64,000 nucleotides of DNA. Origin: Clostridium sp. CAG:609. Lineage in GTDB: Bacteria; Bacillota_I; Bacilli_A; RF39; UBA660. The stretch is taken from assembly GCA_000438075.1 (NCBI GenBank), contig FR903548.1:48570-112569 (forward strand), written 5' to 3'. Made by a program: the position numbers and the translations under genes. Of this stretch, positions 1 through 8,463 are shown one piece after another. Every line of letters starts with the position of its first letter. Positions within the stretch are counted from its first letter, which is position 1. The notes beneath the pieces are model-generated. The model saw only the letters and a list, made by a program, of their open reading frames with translations. It was not told where the DNA came from and searched no databases.

Positions 1-1959
1 GAACCAGTAGTTAAAGATATCAAGTGTGGTAGTTACTTCAAACTAACAAGTCGTATCGAAGGAAGTAAATCATGTTACACCGGCGGAGAAACAGATGCAT
101 CAGCAAGAAATGGTGAAAAGAGTATTGATAAAGATCAATATATTCAAGATGTAATTGATGCACAAAAAACAATGATCGAAGGATTAAATCTTTATCGTAA
201 AGCTAAACAAGCACTAGCAACAGCATCAGATTACAGCATTTCATATGGTTGTGATGGATGTAGTGCTGAATCGTGGACAAGAACTGGTTCATATGTAGGA
301 CCTGTTGTTACAAACATTGACTACGAAGAAGGTCTTGTAACATCACAAGAAACTACACAAGGTTTCTTCTATGGAACTAAAGAAAGTATATCAAATAATA
401 CAAGTTATGATTCTGAAACAAAGAAATATGTATGTGTATCAAGTACATGTACACCTGGTACAACTGAAGCACAAGTTATTGCCTTAATAAAAGCAGACAT
501 GGCAAAAGGTAAATCAATGATGGAATCAGGATTTAAAGCTTATGAAGCAGCTCATACAGCATATAATGCTTGTACAACTGGATGGCAAAATAGCTTCTTA
601 TTTGAACAAAAAATCGGATATTATTATAATGAAAATCGTGGAAATGACGAATACAAGAGTCCATATTATGATATATTAGAAAGTGCTCAAAATAAAGATT
701 TATATTACCTTGAAGGAACAGGTTTAGCTGCACCAAAACCTACATCTAAGATAGAAATTTGGAAAAAGGCAACAGATGATAAAATTGAAACAGGTTCAGA
801 TTACACTTTTGACTTATCGATTGAAAATGGTTCTACAGGAAAATACAACTATAAATCAAGTTATGGTGGAACATTTGAAGCAAGAAAATATACAGTATGT
901 AAAGATCCAGAAGGTTCATGTGAAATAAGAGAAGAACAAATTTCTCAAGCAGCATTTGTTAAGAAATATGTTGAAAAAGAACAAGATTATATAACACCAA
1001 CAGCATTCTATCAAATAGCAGCTAATGGTAAAATAACAGTTAATAGTGGTTACACTGGAGACAAAGTTCAACTTGAAGCATTATTCAATAGCTTACCAGT
1101 ATCAACTAAAACAGTAGGTGGTGGAATATTCAAACTTAATATCGAATGGCTTGGTGAATTCTATGATAAAGATAATGCAGTTGGAAGACTTATGGATATT
1201 CCAGGTGTAGCATGGACAGATAGAAGACAAGGTGGAACAACATTTATGGATAGTCCAAAACATCAAGACTCATTCACCGGAGATTATAAATGTTATTATG
1301 AATCTCCATGTAGACCAGATGATTGTCCAAATTGTGACTTCGTTTGTGAAGGTGAAGATTGTGATTGGATACAATGTCCAGAATGTAAAATAGATTGTAC
1401 AAATTGTATCTTTGATTTAAACAAATTAAATGTTAATTTTAGAACAATTTCAACAACAAACTTCAATTCAGCTAACAGAACATATGGTTATAACTGGATT
1501 ACATCAAGTAGTATGCAAGCATTACAATTGTTAAATAAGAAAGCTGATGCCACAATAAAAGAAATCGAAGAAGTTAATGAAAGTATCTATGACCCAGAAG
1601 GTAAAACATCAGACGGTTCTAGTGCACTTGCATTAAGTATTAAGTTAACTCCAAAAGCAATCAGAGAGTTAAAAAACTACAATGAAAAACATTCAAGTGA
1701 TGGTGGATACATTAATGACTCATTAACATGTTATGATGCTGAAGTTAACGGTAAAACATATAAAAACATCTATTGTTATAGTGAAGTCATAGATGACTTA
1801 GTAAAAAATTATGAAGTAACAATTCCAGATGGTAAACGTTTAGATAGTGCAACAGCTAGAGCTGCATCACAAAATCAAAATGGATACTGGGAATTATGGT
1901 CTGATAAACACGAATTCATATATAGTGAAAGTGTTATCGGCGGACCTTCATGGAAGTAG
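1..1959 (+). CDS. Large cysteine-rich extracellular / pilus-associated protein, 5'-partial (the ORF-track Met at 172 is internal)
   Basis: The reading frame is open from base 1 to TAG at 1957-1959. No enzyme motif was recognised. There are 10 Cys in 39 aa (CYYESPCRPDDCPNCDFVCEGEDCDWIQCPECKIDCTNC, nt 1291-1407). It is the first gene of the Tad-like operon and is closely coupled to the next gene. Confidence 0.6.
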   Translation, partial: EPVVKDIKCGSYFKLTSRIEGSKSCYTGGETDASARNGEKSIDKDQYIQDVIDAQKTMIEGLNLYRKAKQALATASDYSISYGCDGCSAESWTRTGSYVGPVVTNIDYEEGLVTSQETTQGFFYGTKESISNNTSYDSETKKYVCVSSTCTPGTTEAQVIALIKADMAKGKSMMESGFKAYEAAHTAYNACTTGWQNSFLFEQKIGYYYNENRGNDEYKSPYYDILESAQNKDLYYLEGTGLAAPKPTSKIEIWKKATDDKIETGSDYTFDLSIENGSTGKYNYKSSYGGTFEARKYTVCKDPEGSCEIREEQISQAAFVKKYVEKEQDYITPTAFYQIAANGKITVNSGYTGDKVQLEALFNSLPVSTKTVGGGIFKLNIEWLGEFYDKDNAVGRLMDIPGVAWTDRRQGGTTFMDSPKHQDSFTGDYKCYYESPCRPDDCPNCDFVCEGEDCDWIQCPECKIDCTNCIFDLNKLNVNFRTISTTNFNSANRTYGYNWITSSSMQALQLLNKKADATIKEIEEVNESIYDPEGKTSDGSSALALSIKLTPKAIRELKNYNEKHSSDGGYINDSLTCYDAEVNGKTYKNIYCYSEVIDDLVKNYEVTIPDGKRLDSATARAASQNQNGYWELWSDKHEFIYSESVIGGPSWK

Positions 1960-1971
1960 GGGTGATTAGTT

Positions 1972-2382
1972 ATGAAAAATGCTTATTGGGCTTATTGGTT
2001 AATATTACTAGGAATGGTAATTGTAGTAATTATGTTGCTTGTTCAAAATTTAACAACAACAAGTACACAAGATTATTATCTTATCAAAGAAATAACTGAA
2101 GCATCACTAGTAGATGCTGTAGATTACTCATACTATCGTGATTATGGGGAAATAAAAATTAATAAAGAAAAATTTTATGAAAGTTTCTTAAGAAGATTTG
2201 CAGAAACTGCATCATTATCAACTACTTATACGGTGAGCTTCTATGGAGTATATGAAGCTCCACCTAAAGCTAGTGTTGAAATTAAAAGTAAATCAAATAG
2301 TTTCAATGTTGTAGGTGATGCAACAAGCTTAGATATGGTAGAAAGAATAGATGCCGTATTAGAAGGAAATCCAGTTGACTAA
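1972..2382 (+). CDS. Small N-terminally membrane-anchored protein (possible minor pilin / pseudopilin-like component)
   Basis: SD GGGGTGA lies upstream. There is a single N-terminal hydrophobic helix (WAYWLILLGMVIVVIMLLV) followed by a soluble domain. The gene sits between the Cys-rich protein and the cpaB-like genes. Confidence 0.45.
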   Translation: MKNAYWAYWLILLGMVIVVIMLLVQNLTTTSTQDYYLIKEITEASLVDAVDYSYYRDYGEIKINKEKFYESFLRRFAETASLSTTYTVSFYGVYEAPPKASVEIKSKSNSFNVVGDATSLDMVERIDAVLEGNPVD

Positions 2383-2398
2383 ATAAGGAGGAATAAAA

Positions 2399-3166
2399 AT
2401 GGGAGGAATAAAAAATACATTTAGTAAGTTTTTAACTAATAAAACTACCGTAACAATATTAGGTGTTATTCTTGGTTTAGGTGTTTTAGTAGGTTTTTAT
2501 ACATATCGTGTAAAAAATCAAGTTAATCCTGTTAAAGTGCCTGTTGCAAAAAGAGAAATCTTAGCAACTGAAGAAATAACTAAAGATGATATTGAATATA
2601 TACGTGTAAGTTCTAAGTTTTTAAAGAAAGCTGATGTATATAAAAGTACAACTAATTTAATTGGTAAATATGTAGCAACTGGAACATCTATTCCTAAAGG
2701 TGGTATGTTTTATCAAACATTGGTAGTTGAAAAAAAGGAATTGCCTAATGCTATTTTTGATGAAATACCAAAAGGATATACAATTTATCAATTACAAGTA
2801 GATAATACAAGTACTTATGCTAATTCAATATTCCCAGGAGATGTCATAGACTTATGGCTTAAAACAACTGAAGATCAATTATTAGTATTCGGAGAATTTA
2901 TTTCCAATATTAAGGTTCTAGCAGTAAGAGATTCATCTGGACAAAATGTTTTTGATGTAACTTCTGGTAGAAAGCCTGCATGGTTACTCTTTGCAGTTGA
3001 AACAGATATGTATCGTTATTTAAAACTAGCTGAAAATATCTCAGGAATGAGTGTTATTCCAGTACCTAAGAATAACTTAGTTAATCCAGATATTGGTTCA
3101 ACACAATATTCAAGTGATGAAATTAAGGCCTTAATAGATGCACAATCTGAAAGGAAGGGAGCATAA
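2399..3166 (+). CDS. cpaB: Flp pilus assembly protein CpaB/RcpC-like (copy 1)
   Basis: SD AAGGAGG. An N-terminal TM is followed by a SAF-like segment (VPVAKREILATEEITKDDIEY...IGKYVATGTSIPKGGMF) and a beta-rich C-domain. It is a clear paralog of the next ORF. Confidence 0.6.
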   Translation: MGGIKNTFSKFLTNKTTVTILGVILGLGVLVGFYTYRVKNQVNPVKVPVAKREILATEEITKDDIEYIRVSSKFLKKADVYKSTTNLIGKYVATGTSIPKGGMFYQTLVVEKKELPNAIFDEIPKGYTIYQLQVDNTSTYANSIFPGDVIDLWLKTTEDQLLVFGEFISNIKVLAVRDSSGQNVFDVTSGRKPAWLLFAVETDMYRYLKLAENISGMSVIPVPKNNLVNPDIGSTQYSSDEIKALIDAQSERKGA

Positions 3167-3168
3167 CT

Positions 3169-3969
3169 ATGTCAAATATCATAAATAAGATTAGAAACCT
3201 TTTATTAAATCGTAACACAGTTACGATTTTAGGTGTACTTGCTGGGGTTATTGCTTTATGGATTGCATATAGCATTACATTAGATAGAGCAGTTAAACCC
3301 CAAAAAGTACCTGTTGCCAATAAAGTATTAACAGCAGGTACCATAATTACTAAAGATGATATTGAATATGTCGAAGTAAATGGTGAAGCATTAAGAAAAG
3401 CAAGTGTTATAACATCATCTAGTCAATTAATAGGTTATTATGTTAAAAATGATACATCAATAGCTATCGGAGAAATGTTTTATAAAGCTCAAGTAATAAG
3501 TAAAGATAAATTAATTGAAAGAGATTTGGAAAGAGTTCCTGAAAACTTTAAAATGTATTGGTTAAAAGCAAATAATAAAACAACATATGCAAATTCAATA
3601 TATCCTGGTGATAAAATAGATTTATGGTTACTTACTAAAGTAGATGGTAAATGGATTTATGAAGAATTTATTAAAAATATTGAAGTATTAAATGTTAAAG
3701 ATGACAAAGGTCAAAATGTTTTTGATGTAACTAGTGGCAGAGAACCTGCCTGGTTATCATTTGCAGTTAATACTGAAATGTACACATATTTAAAAAAGGT
3801 TGAATATTTAGCAAATATGACAATATATCCAGTACCAGTAAATAAAAATAATCAAGATGAAGAAGCTAAAACAGAAATTAGCAATCAAGAACTTGTAAAA
3901 ATAATTGATTCTTTAGCAAGAAAGAACCCTGAAGAACAAAGTGTAGAAGAAAATAATAATAATGAATAA
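3169..3969 (+). CDS. cpaB: Flp pilus assembly protein CpaB/RcpC-like (copy 2)
   Basis: Same architecture as copy 1 (VPVANKVLTAGTIITKDDIEY...IGYYVKNDTSIAIGEMF; shared GQNVFDVTSGR.PAWL.FAV block). Acidic C-terminal tail. Confidence 0.6.
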   Translation: MSNIINKIRNLLLNRNTVTILGVLAGVIALWIAYSITLDRAVKPQKVPVANKVLTAGTIITKDDIEYVEVNGEALRKASVITSSSQLIGYYVKNDTSIAIGEMFYKAQVISKDKLIERDLERVPENFKMYWLKANNKTTYANSIYPGDKIDLWLLTKVDGKWIYEEFIKNIEVLNVKDDKGQNVFDVTSGREPAWLSFAVNTEMYTYLKKVEYLANMTIYPVPVNKNNQDEEAKTEISNQELVKIIDSLARKNPEEQSVEENNNNE

Positions 3970-3983
3970 AAGAGGTGATTTTT

Positions 3984-5084
3984 GTGAATGATGCTATATT
4001 TTCACAAATAGATTTTGGACCTTTAAAAGAGTTTTTAGAGGAAGATAATATTACAGACGTTTCATATTCAAACGGAGGTCAAGTTTGGCTAAAAACTCTT
4101 GATAAAGGTATTTATAGGGTTGAAAGACCTGAGATTAATAATGCTTTAATGGAAAAGCTTGCTTTTCAATGTTCCAATGTAATGGGTAAAACATTTAATA
4201 TGGCCCATCCATTCCTAGACGCAGAATCAGCAGAATTACGTTTAAATTTCGTACATGAATCAATTGCAACAAATGGAATATGTTGTGTTATAAGAAAGAC
4301 GCCAGCCAAAATCCGTCTAAATAAAGAAAAGCTTATCAATGAAAAATATGTTACCGAAGATTTACATGACTTTTTAATGACTTGTGTTGAAGGTCACTGT
4401 AACATCATGGTAAGTGGTGAAACTGGTTCAGGTAAGACAGAACTAGTTAAGTACTTAGCTAGCCACACAAAAGAAAATGAAAAGATAATAACTATCGAAG
4501 ATACACTTGAACTTCACTTAGATAAGATATTTCCACATAGAGATATAGTTGCTATGAAAACAAATAACATTGCATCATATTCTGATGTATTAGTAACTTG
4601 TATGAGACAGAATCCAAAATGGATATTACTATCCGAAGTTCGTAGTGCTGAAGCAGTTACAGCAGTTCGAAACTCAATATCATCTGGTCACAACATTATA
4701 TCAACAATTCACTCAGATAGAGCATTAAATATTCCAATGCGTTTATATAGCTTACTTGAAAATAGCCAAGATATTGAACAATTCTTAAAATCAATTCATA
4801 GATATATTCAAATAGGTATTCACGTAAAAGGTTACATGAGTAAAGAACTAGGTAGATTTCAACGTGAAATAATCGAAGTAGTTGAGTTTTATGTTGATGA
4901 AAATAATGAAGCTAAATCAAATATCATATTTAAGAAAAGTCTAGATGGAAAATTTAGTTTTAATAATCCATCAAAATATTTAATAGATTATCTTGGTGTT
5001 CAAGGCGTAACCATTAAAGATGATTATTTTGTTAAGTCAAAAGGAAATAATACCAACGAAGAGGTTGTCATTGAAAGCTTATAG
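3984..5084 (+). CDS. tadA: Type II/IV secretion-family ATPase (TadA/CpaF/VirB11-like)
   Basis: Walker A GETGSGKTE, Asp-box IITIEDTLEL, Walker B-like WILLSEVR, His-box GHNIISTIHS. The start is set at GTG 3984 because the track start GTG 3975 lies inside the SD AGAGGTG. Confidence 0.8.
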   Translation: MNDAIFSQIDFGPLKEFLEEDNITDVSYSNGGQVWLKTLDKGIYRVERPEINNALMEKLAFQCSNVMGKTFNMAHPFLDAESAELRLNFVHESIATNGICCVIRKTPAKIRLNKEKLINEKYVTEDLHDFLMTCVEGHCNIMVSGETGSGKTELVKYLASHTKENEKIITIEDTLELHLDKIFPHRDIVAMKTNNIASYSDVLVTCMRQNPKWILLSEVRSAEAVTAVRNSISSGHNIISTIHSDRALNIPMRLYSLLENSQDIEQFLKSIHRYIQIGIHVKGYMSKELGRFQREIIEVVEFYVDENNEAKSNIIFKKSLDGKFSFNNPSKYLIDYLGVQGVTIKDDYFVKSKGNNTNEEVVIESL

Positions 5085-5096
5085 AAAGGAGTAAAA

Positions 5097-6002
5097 ATGA
5101 AATATTTACCAGAGTTAATAATCCTACTTATTATAGCTATAGTTGTCTTAGTAGCAAGGCGTAATCCCGGTGAAAATGTTTATAAGTTTTTTGTAACAAA
5201 TGCCACTCGTGCTTATGATAAGTATGCTCCATATTCATTTAAAATGGTAAGAGAAAAAGCCATAGAACTTGGTCAAGAGTATACCCCACGTCAATACATA
5301 AGTCAAATAGTTATTCTTGGAGGTCTTGCTGGTTTAGTTGGTTACTTTTACTTTTATAGTATCATTATAGCAGTAATATATGCAATAGTTGCTATATCAA
5401 CAATACCATATCTTGCTTATTTAAGACTTCAAAGAGTATACAGTGAATATATATTTGAACAAATTCAAACATATACAACCAATGTTATAATGGAATTTAA
5501 TACAACTCAAAGTTTTGTCAAATCTCTAGAAGGTGTAAGAGACTCCGGAATCCTTGAAGATCCAGTTTTAAGTGATGTTAAAAAAATGATTGACATGTCA
5601 TATCAAAATGGAACCATTGATGAATCAATTCAATACTTTAATAATTTATATCCATTTTATATGGTAAAAAATATGCATCAATTATTCTTACAAATAACTA
5701 AAGAAGGTGCCAGAGATTCTGGACAAGCTCTTGAAAATATGTCACTAGATATCGACGCCTTAGTTGAAGGAGTATATCGTGACCAAATGGATCGTAATAA
5801 CTTCCATGCCAAATTTTTAAGATTCGGTTTAATTTTGTATTTCCTAGTTGTTGTTTTAAGATTCATGCTTGGTGAAGAAAACTACATTAAACTGCTTGAT
5901 ACATGGTATGTTCAACTTATACTTCATGCCATTGTTATTATAAACGCTTATTTCCTAATGACTGGAGAAAAGTATTATAACGAAGATGTGGGGGTAGAAT
6001 AA
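5097..6002 (+). CDS. tadB: Polytopic membrane protein, TadB / T2SS-F-like platform protein
   Basis: SD AAAGGAG. Topology is an N-terminal TM, a TM pair, a helical cytoplasmic domain and C-terminal TMs. It lies immediately downstream of the ATPase. The call rests on topology and context only. Confidence 0.55.
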   Translation: MKYLPELIILLIIAIVVLVARRNPGENVYKFFVTNATRAYDKYAPYSFKMVREKAIELGQEYTPRQYISQIVILGGLAGLVGYFYFYSIIIAVIYAIVAISTIPYLAYLRLQRVYSEYIFEQIQTYTTNVIMEFNTTQSFVKSLEGVRDSGILEDPVLSDVKKMIDMSYQNGTIDESIQYFNNLYPFYMVKNMHQLFLQITKEGARDSGQALENMSLDIDALVEGVYRDQMDRNNFHAKFLRFGLILYFLVVVLRFMLGEENYIKLLDTWYVQLILHAIVIINAYFLMTGEKYYNEDVGVE

Positions 6003-6790
6003 TGCAAATAGAAATAATTATAATAGCTATAATTGTATTTGGGATAATGACAATAACTGGTCAAATAAGTATTAATCAACTCATCAGTGATAATCAAATG
6101 CTTTTTATGAAATTAAAAGAAAAAGACTGGGATTTTCTAGTTCGTGCTAAATATGGTAATAATGTTAATCCCGATATACTTTTTAATAAAAGAATAAAGA
6201 ATGGTCTTATAACAATGGCACTTGGATTTGCCATTATGATTAAAAGCTTGAATAGTGTTAAAATCTTAATTATTGTTGTGGCAGGTTACTATGTATTTAA
6301 AACAGGTTATAATGATATAAAAAAATATTATCAAAGACATATGGCAGATATTGATTCAATGTTACCACACTATCTAAAGAACCTAGAAATACTTATTCAA
6401 CACTATACTGTACCAGTTGCAATAGGTAAATCAATGGCTGAAGCACCGGATATATTCCGCGAAGGACTTCAAGAAATGATTGATTCAATTAATGCCGGAG
6501 ATGATTCAATTGATCCATACATGAATTTTGCTAGAAAATATCCAGTCAGAGATTCAATGCGTATGATGAGACTTTTATATCGTTTAAGTCTAGGTCGTCA
6601 AGAAAGAAAACAAGAACAAATCTTAACATTCTCAAAATCTATATCTAACTTACAACAAAAAGCTAGAGAAACAAGATATAAAAATCGTCTAGAAAAGATG
6701 GAAAATAAAACAATGAGTATGTTAATAACAACTGGTTTTGGTCTAATGATTTTATTAGTACTGGCGGTTGTGCAACTAATGGATATATAA
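6002..6790 (+). CDS. tadC: Polytopic membrane protein, TadC / T2SS-F-like platform protein
   Basis: The start overlaps the previous stop (TAATG). Topology class is the same as the previous ORF. The call rests on context. Confidence 0.55.
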   Translation: MQIEIIIIAIIVFGIMTITGQISINQLISDNQMLFMKLKEKDWDFLVRAKYGNNVNPDILFNKRIKNGLITMALGFAIMIKSLNSVKILIIVVAGYYVFKTGYNDIKKYYQRHMADIDSMLPHYLKNLEILIQHYTVPVAIGKSMAEAPDIFREGLQEMIDSINAGDDSIDPYMNFARKYPVRDSMRMMRLLYRLSLGRQERKQEQILTFSKSISNLQQKARETRYKNRLEKMENKTMSMLITTGFGLMILLVLAVVQLMDI

Positions 6791-6815
6791 AAAAACAAAA
6801 AGATATTAAAAATAA

Positions 6816-6844
6816 TTGATATTTAACTGATTTTAAGTTATAAT
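6816..6844 (+). promoter_or_regulatory. Sigma-A-type promoter in front of the pilin-like genes
   Basis: TTGATA (6816-6821), 17-nt spacer, TATAAT (6839-6844), about 30 nt upstream of the SD AAGGAGG of the 6877 ORF. Confidence 0.5.
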
Positions 6845-6876
6845 AATTATATAAAATAAAGGAGGATTAAAAAAAG

Positions 6877-7134
6877 ATGAAAGAAGCTACAGGCGAATTA
6901 AATATGACTGTTGTTACAGTAGTTGCTATTGCAGCTGTTGGAGCATTCTTCTATTTCTTCATTTGGCCAGGTATTCAAGCAGGACTTGCAAGAAATACAT
7001 GTAAAAATATCTGCCCAGAAGCATCTGTTAAAAGCGTCAACGTTAAAGAAGGTACATGTACTTGTGGAAACGATGAAGTAATTAACTTTAAAGACGTTCA
7101 AGACGGAGGAAGTACTCAAGGCGAAGGTAAATAA
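6877..7134 (+). CDS. Pilin-like small protein, candidate major subunit (Flp-like class, non-canonical leader)
   Basis: 85 aa. The leader MKEATGELNMTV is followed by a hydrophobic helix (VVTVVAIAAVGAFFYFFIW) and a Cys-containing tail. Strong SD and its own promoter. Located in the Tad-like locus. Confidence 0.5.
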   Translation: MKEATGELNMTVVTVVAIAAVGAFFYFFIWPGIQAGLARNTCKNICPEASVKSVNVKEGTCTCGNDEVINFKDVQDGGSTQGEGK

Positions 7135-7161
7135 TTAAGTCATTAATAAAGAGGTGAAAGA

Positions 7162-7464
7162 ATGAAAGAGGCTACAGGAGAATTGAATATAACAGTTATT
7201 GTTGCAATATCAATTGGTATCTTGGCGGCCTTTTTTTTCGGTTTTTTATGGCCACTATTAAATAATAACTTTCACAGAACTGCTCAATGCAGAAATGCTA
7301 TTTGTAATTGTAGTGAAGAAGCAAGACAAAGAGCAAGCACAAGCACCGGATCAGATTATATGTGTGAATGTAAAATGAGACAAAAACAAACGGGCGAAGA
7401 AGACGATACAAATAATTATTTTGGAACTGGTGATAATATTTTTTATTGCCCATTTAAAGGATAG
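7162..7464 (+). CDS. Pilin-like small protein, paralog 2
   Basis: 100 aa. The leader is nearly identical (MKEATGELNITV) and is followed by a hydrophobic helix. The C-terminal part is unrelated and has 7 Cys. SD AGAGGTGA. Confidence 0.5.
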   Translation: MKEATGELNITVIVAISIGILAAFFFGFLWPLLNNNFHRTAQCRNAICNCSEEARQRASTSTGSDYMCECKMRQKQTGEEDDTNNYFGTGDNIFYCPFKG

Positions 7465-7474
7465 GGGATGAATT

Positions 7475-7987
7475 ATGAAAGAATCCATAAGTATGACAGC
7501 TATATTTCAAATAGTTATACTATTTATTTTACTTTTTACAGCAATTATGGCATTAACAATAAATAATTCAAATGCCTTTGGTGTAAAAGATGAAATAGTA
7601 AATATACTTGAATTAAATGGTGGTAAGTATTTAGATGATTCTAATGAAAATTTAAATGAAGAAATAGTAGATTTGCTTGCCAACACTTCATATAGAACAA
7701 CTGGAAAATGTCCAGAAGATGAAGGATATATTGGTTTTGAAAGAAATGGAAGTAGAATAACATCAAATCAAGATGCAACAGTATGTATAAGAGAAGTTAG
7801 AGCCACTGAAGGAGTAGATAATTACTTAACAGGTGGGGATGTTTTAGGTAACACCGTTGCAACTGATGACTTTGTCTTAGGTAGTTACTATGAAGTAATA
7901 GTGTTCTTCCAAATGGATTTACCTATAATAAGACAAATATATAACTTCCAATCAAAAGCACAAACTAAGGTTATATACCAAGATTAA
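7475..7987 (+). CDS. TadE-like N-terminally anchored minor pilin/pseudopilin candidate
   Basis: An N-terminal hydrophobic helix (IFQIVILFILLFTAIMAL) is followed by a soluble domain. It shares KCPE..GY and YYEV.VF....LPII blocks with the next ORF. Confidence 0.4.
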   Translation: MKESISMTAIFQIVILFILLFTAIMALTINNSNAFGVKDEIVNILELNGGKYLDDSNENLNEEIVDLLANTSYRTTGKCPEDEGYIGFERNGSRITSNQDATVCIREVRATEGVDNYLTGGDVLGNTVATDDFVLGSYYEVIVFFQMDLPIIRQIYNFQSKAQTKVIYQD

Positions 7988-7996
7988 GGAGTAAAA

Positions 7997-8449
7997 ATGA
8001 AAACAGTAAGTGAATCTACATGGTCATTTCAATTAATAATATTTTTTATTCTAATTTTTGCCTGTTTCTTAACTTTAATACTTAGTTATTCAAAAGCATA
8101 TACAATTAAAAATAGAATGTTAACTATTATAGAAAAGTATGAAGGAGTAACTGATGAATCTGCTAAAATAATTAATAGTTTTGCTAAACAAAAAAGTTAC
8201 AATACAACAAGTAAATGTCCAGAAGGATGGTATGGTGCAACAGACTTAGAAGGTGACATTGAATTGTCTGATGGAAGTGCAAAATATTATTATTGTTTTA
8301 ATGAGCTTCGTGCTAAAACGGGAAAGATTTATTATGAAGTTCAAGTATTTTATCGTTTTAATTTACCCATCATCGGTGAAGTTGGAATGTATCGAATAAA
8401 AGGACAAACTAAGACTTTCGTGGGATCTTTAGATAGAAAATACAACTAG
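7997..8449 (+). CDS. TadE-like N-terminally anchored minor pilin/pseudopilin candidate (paralog)
   Basis: An N-terminal helix (FQLIIFFILIFACFLTLIL) is present. It shares KCPEGWYG and YYEVQVFYRFNLPII blocks with the previous ORF. Confidence 0.4.
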   Translation: MKTVSESTWSFQLIIFFILIFACFLTLILSYSKAYTIKNRMLTIIEKYEGVTDESAKIINSFAKQKSYNTTSKCPEGWYGATDLEGDIELSDGSAKYYYCFNELRAKTGKIYYEVQVFYRFNLPIIGEVGMYRIKGQTKTFVGSLDRKYN

Positions 8450-8463
8450 AAAGGAAATAAATT

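Noticed and set aside
533-736. There are many 60-100-aa ORFs antisense to, or nested within, long genes. Examples are 533-736, 3123-3344, 5678-5866, 6598-6798, 6898-7119, 13915-14166, 14296-14544, 20113-20367, 27536-27760, 38671-38982, 47697-48251, 49336-49569, 51773-52072 and 54484-54753.
   Set aside because: They lie entirely inside well-supported genes on the opposite strand, lack SD sequences and have low-complexity, hydrophobic-looking translations typical of shadow ORFs in AT-rich DNA. The 184-aa ORF at 47697-48251 is the mirror of the Thr/Val-rich sortase-substrate gene.
7231-7238. A T8 tract lies inside the second pilin-like gene and might act as a phase-variation switch.
   Set aside because: A/T homopolymers of 7-9 nt are frequent throughout this AT-rich window, both coding and non-coding. 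This tract is therefore not distinguishable from background.
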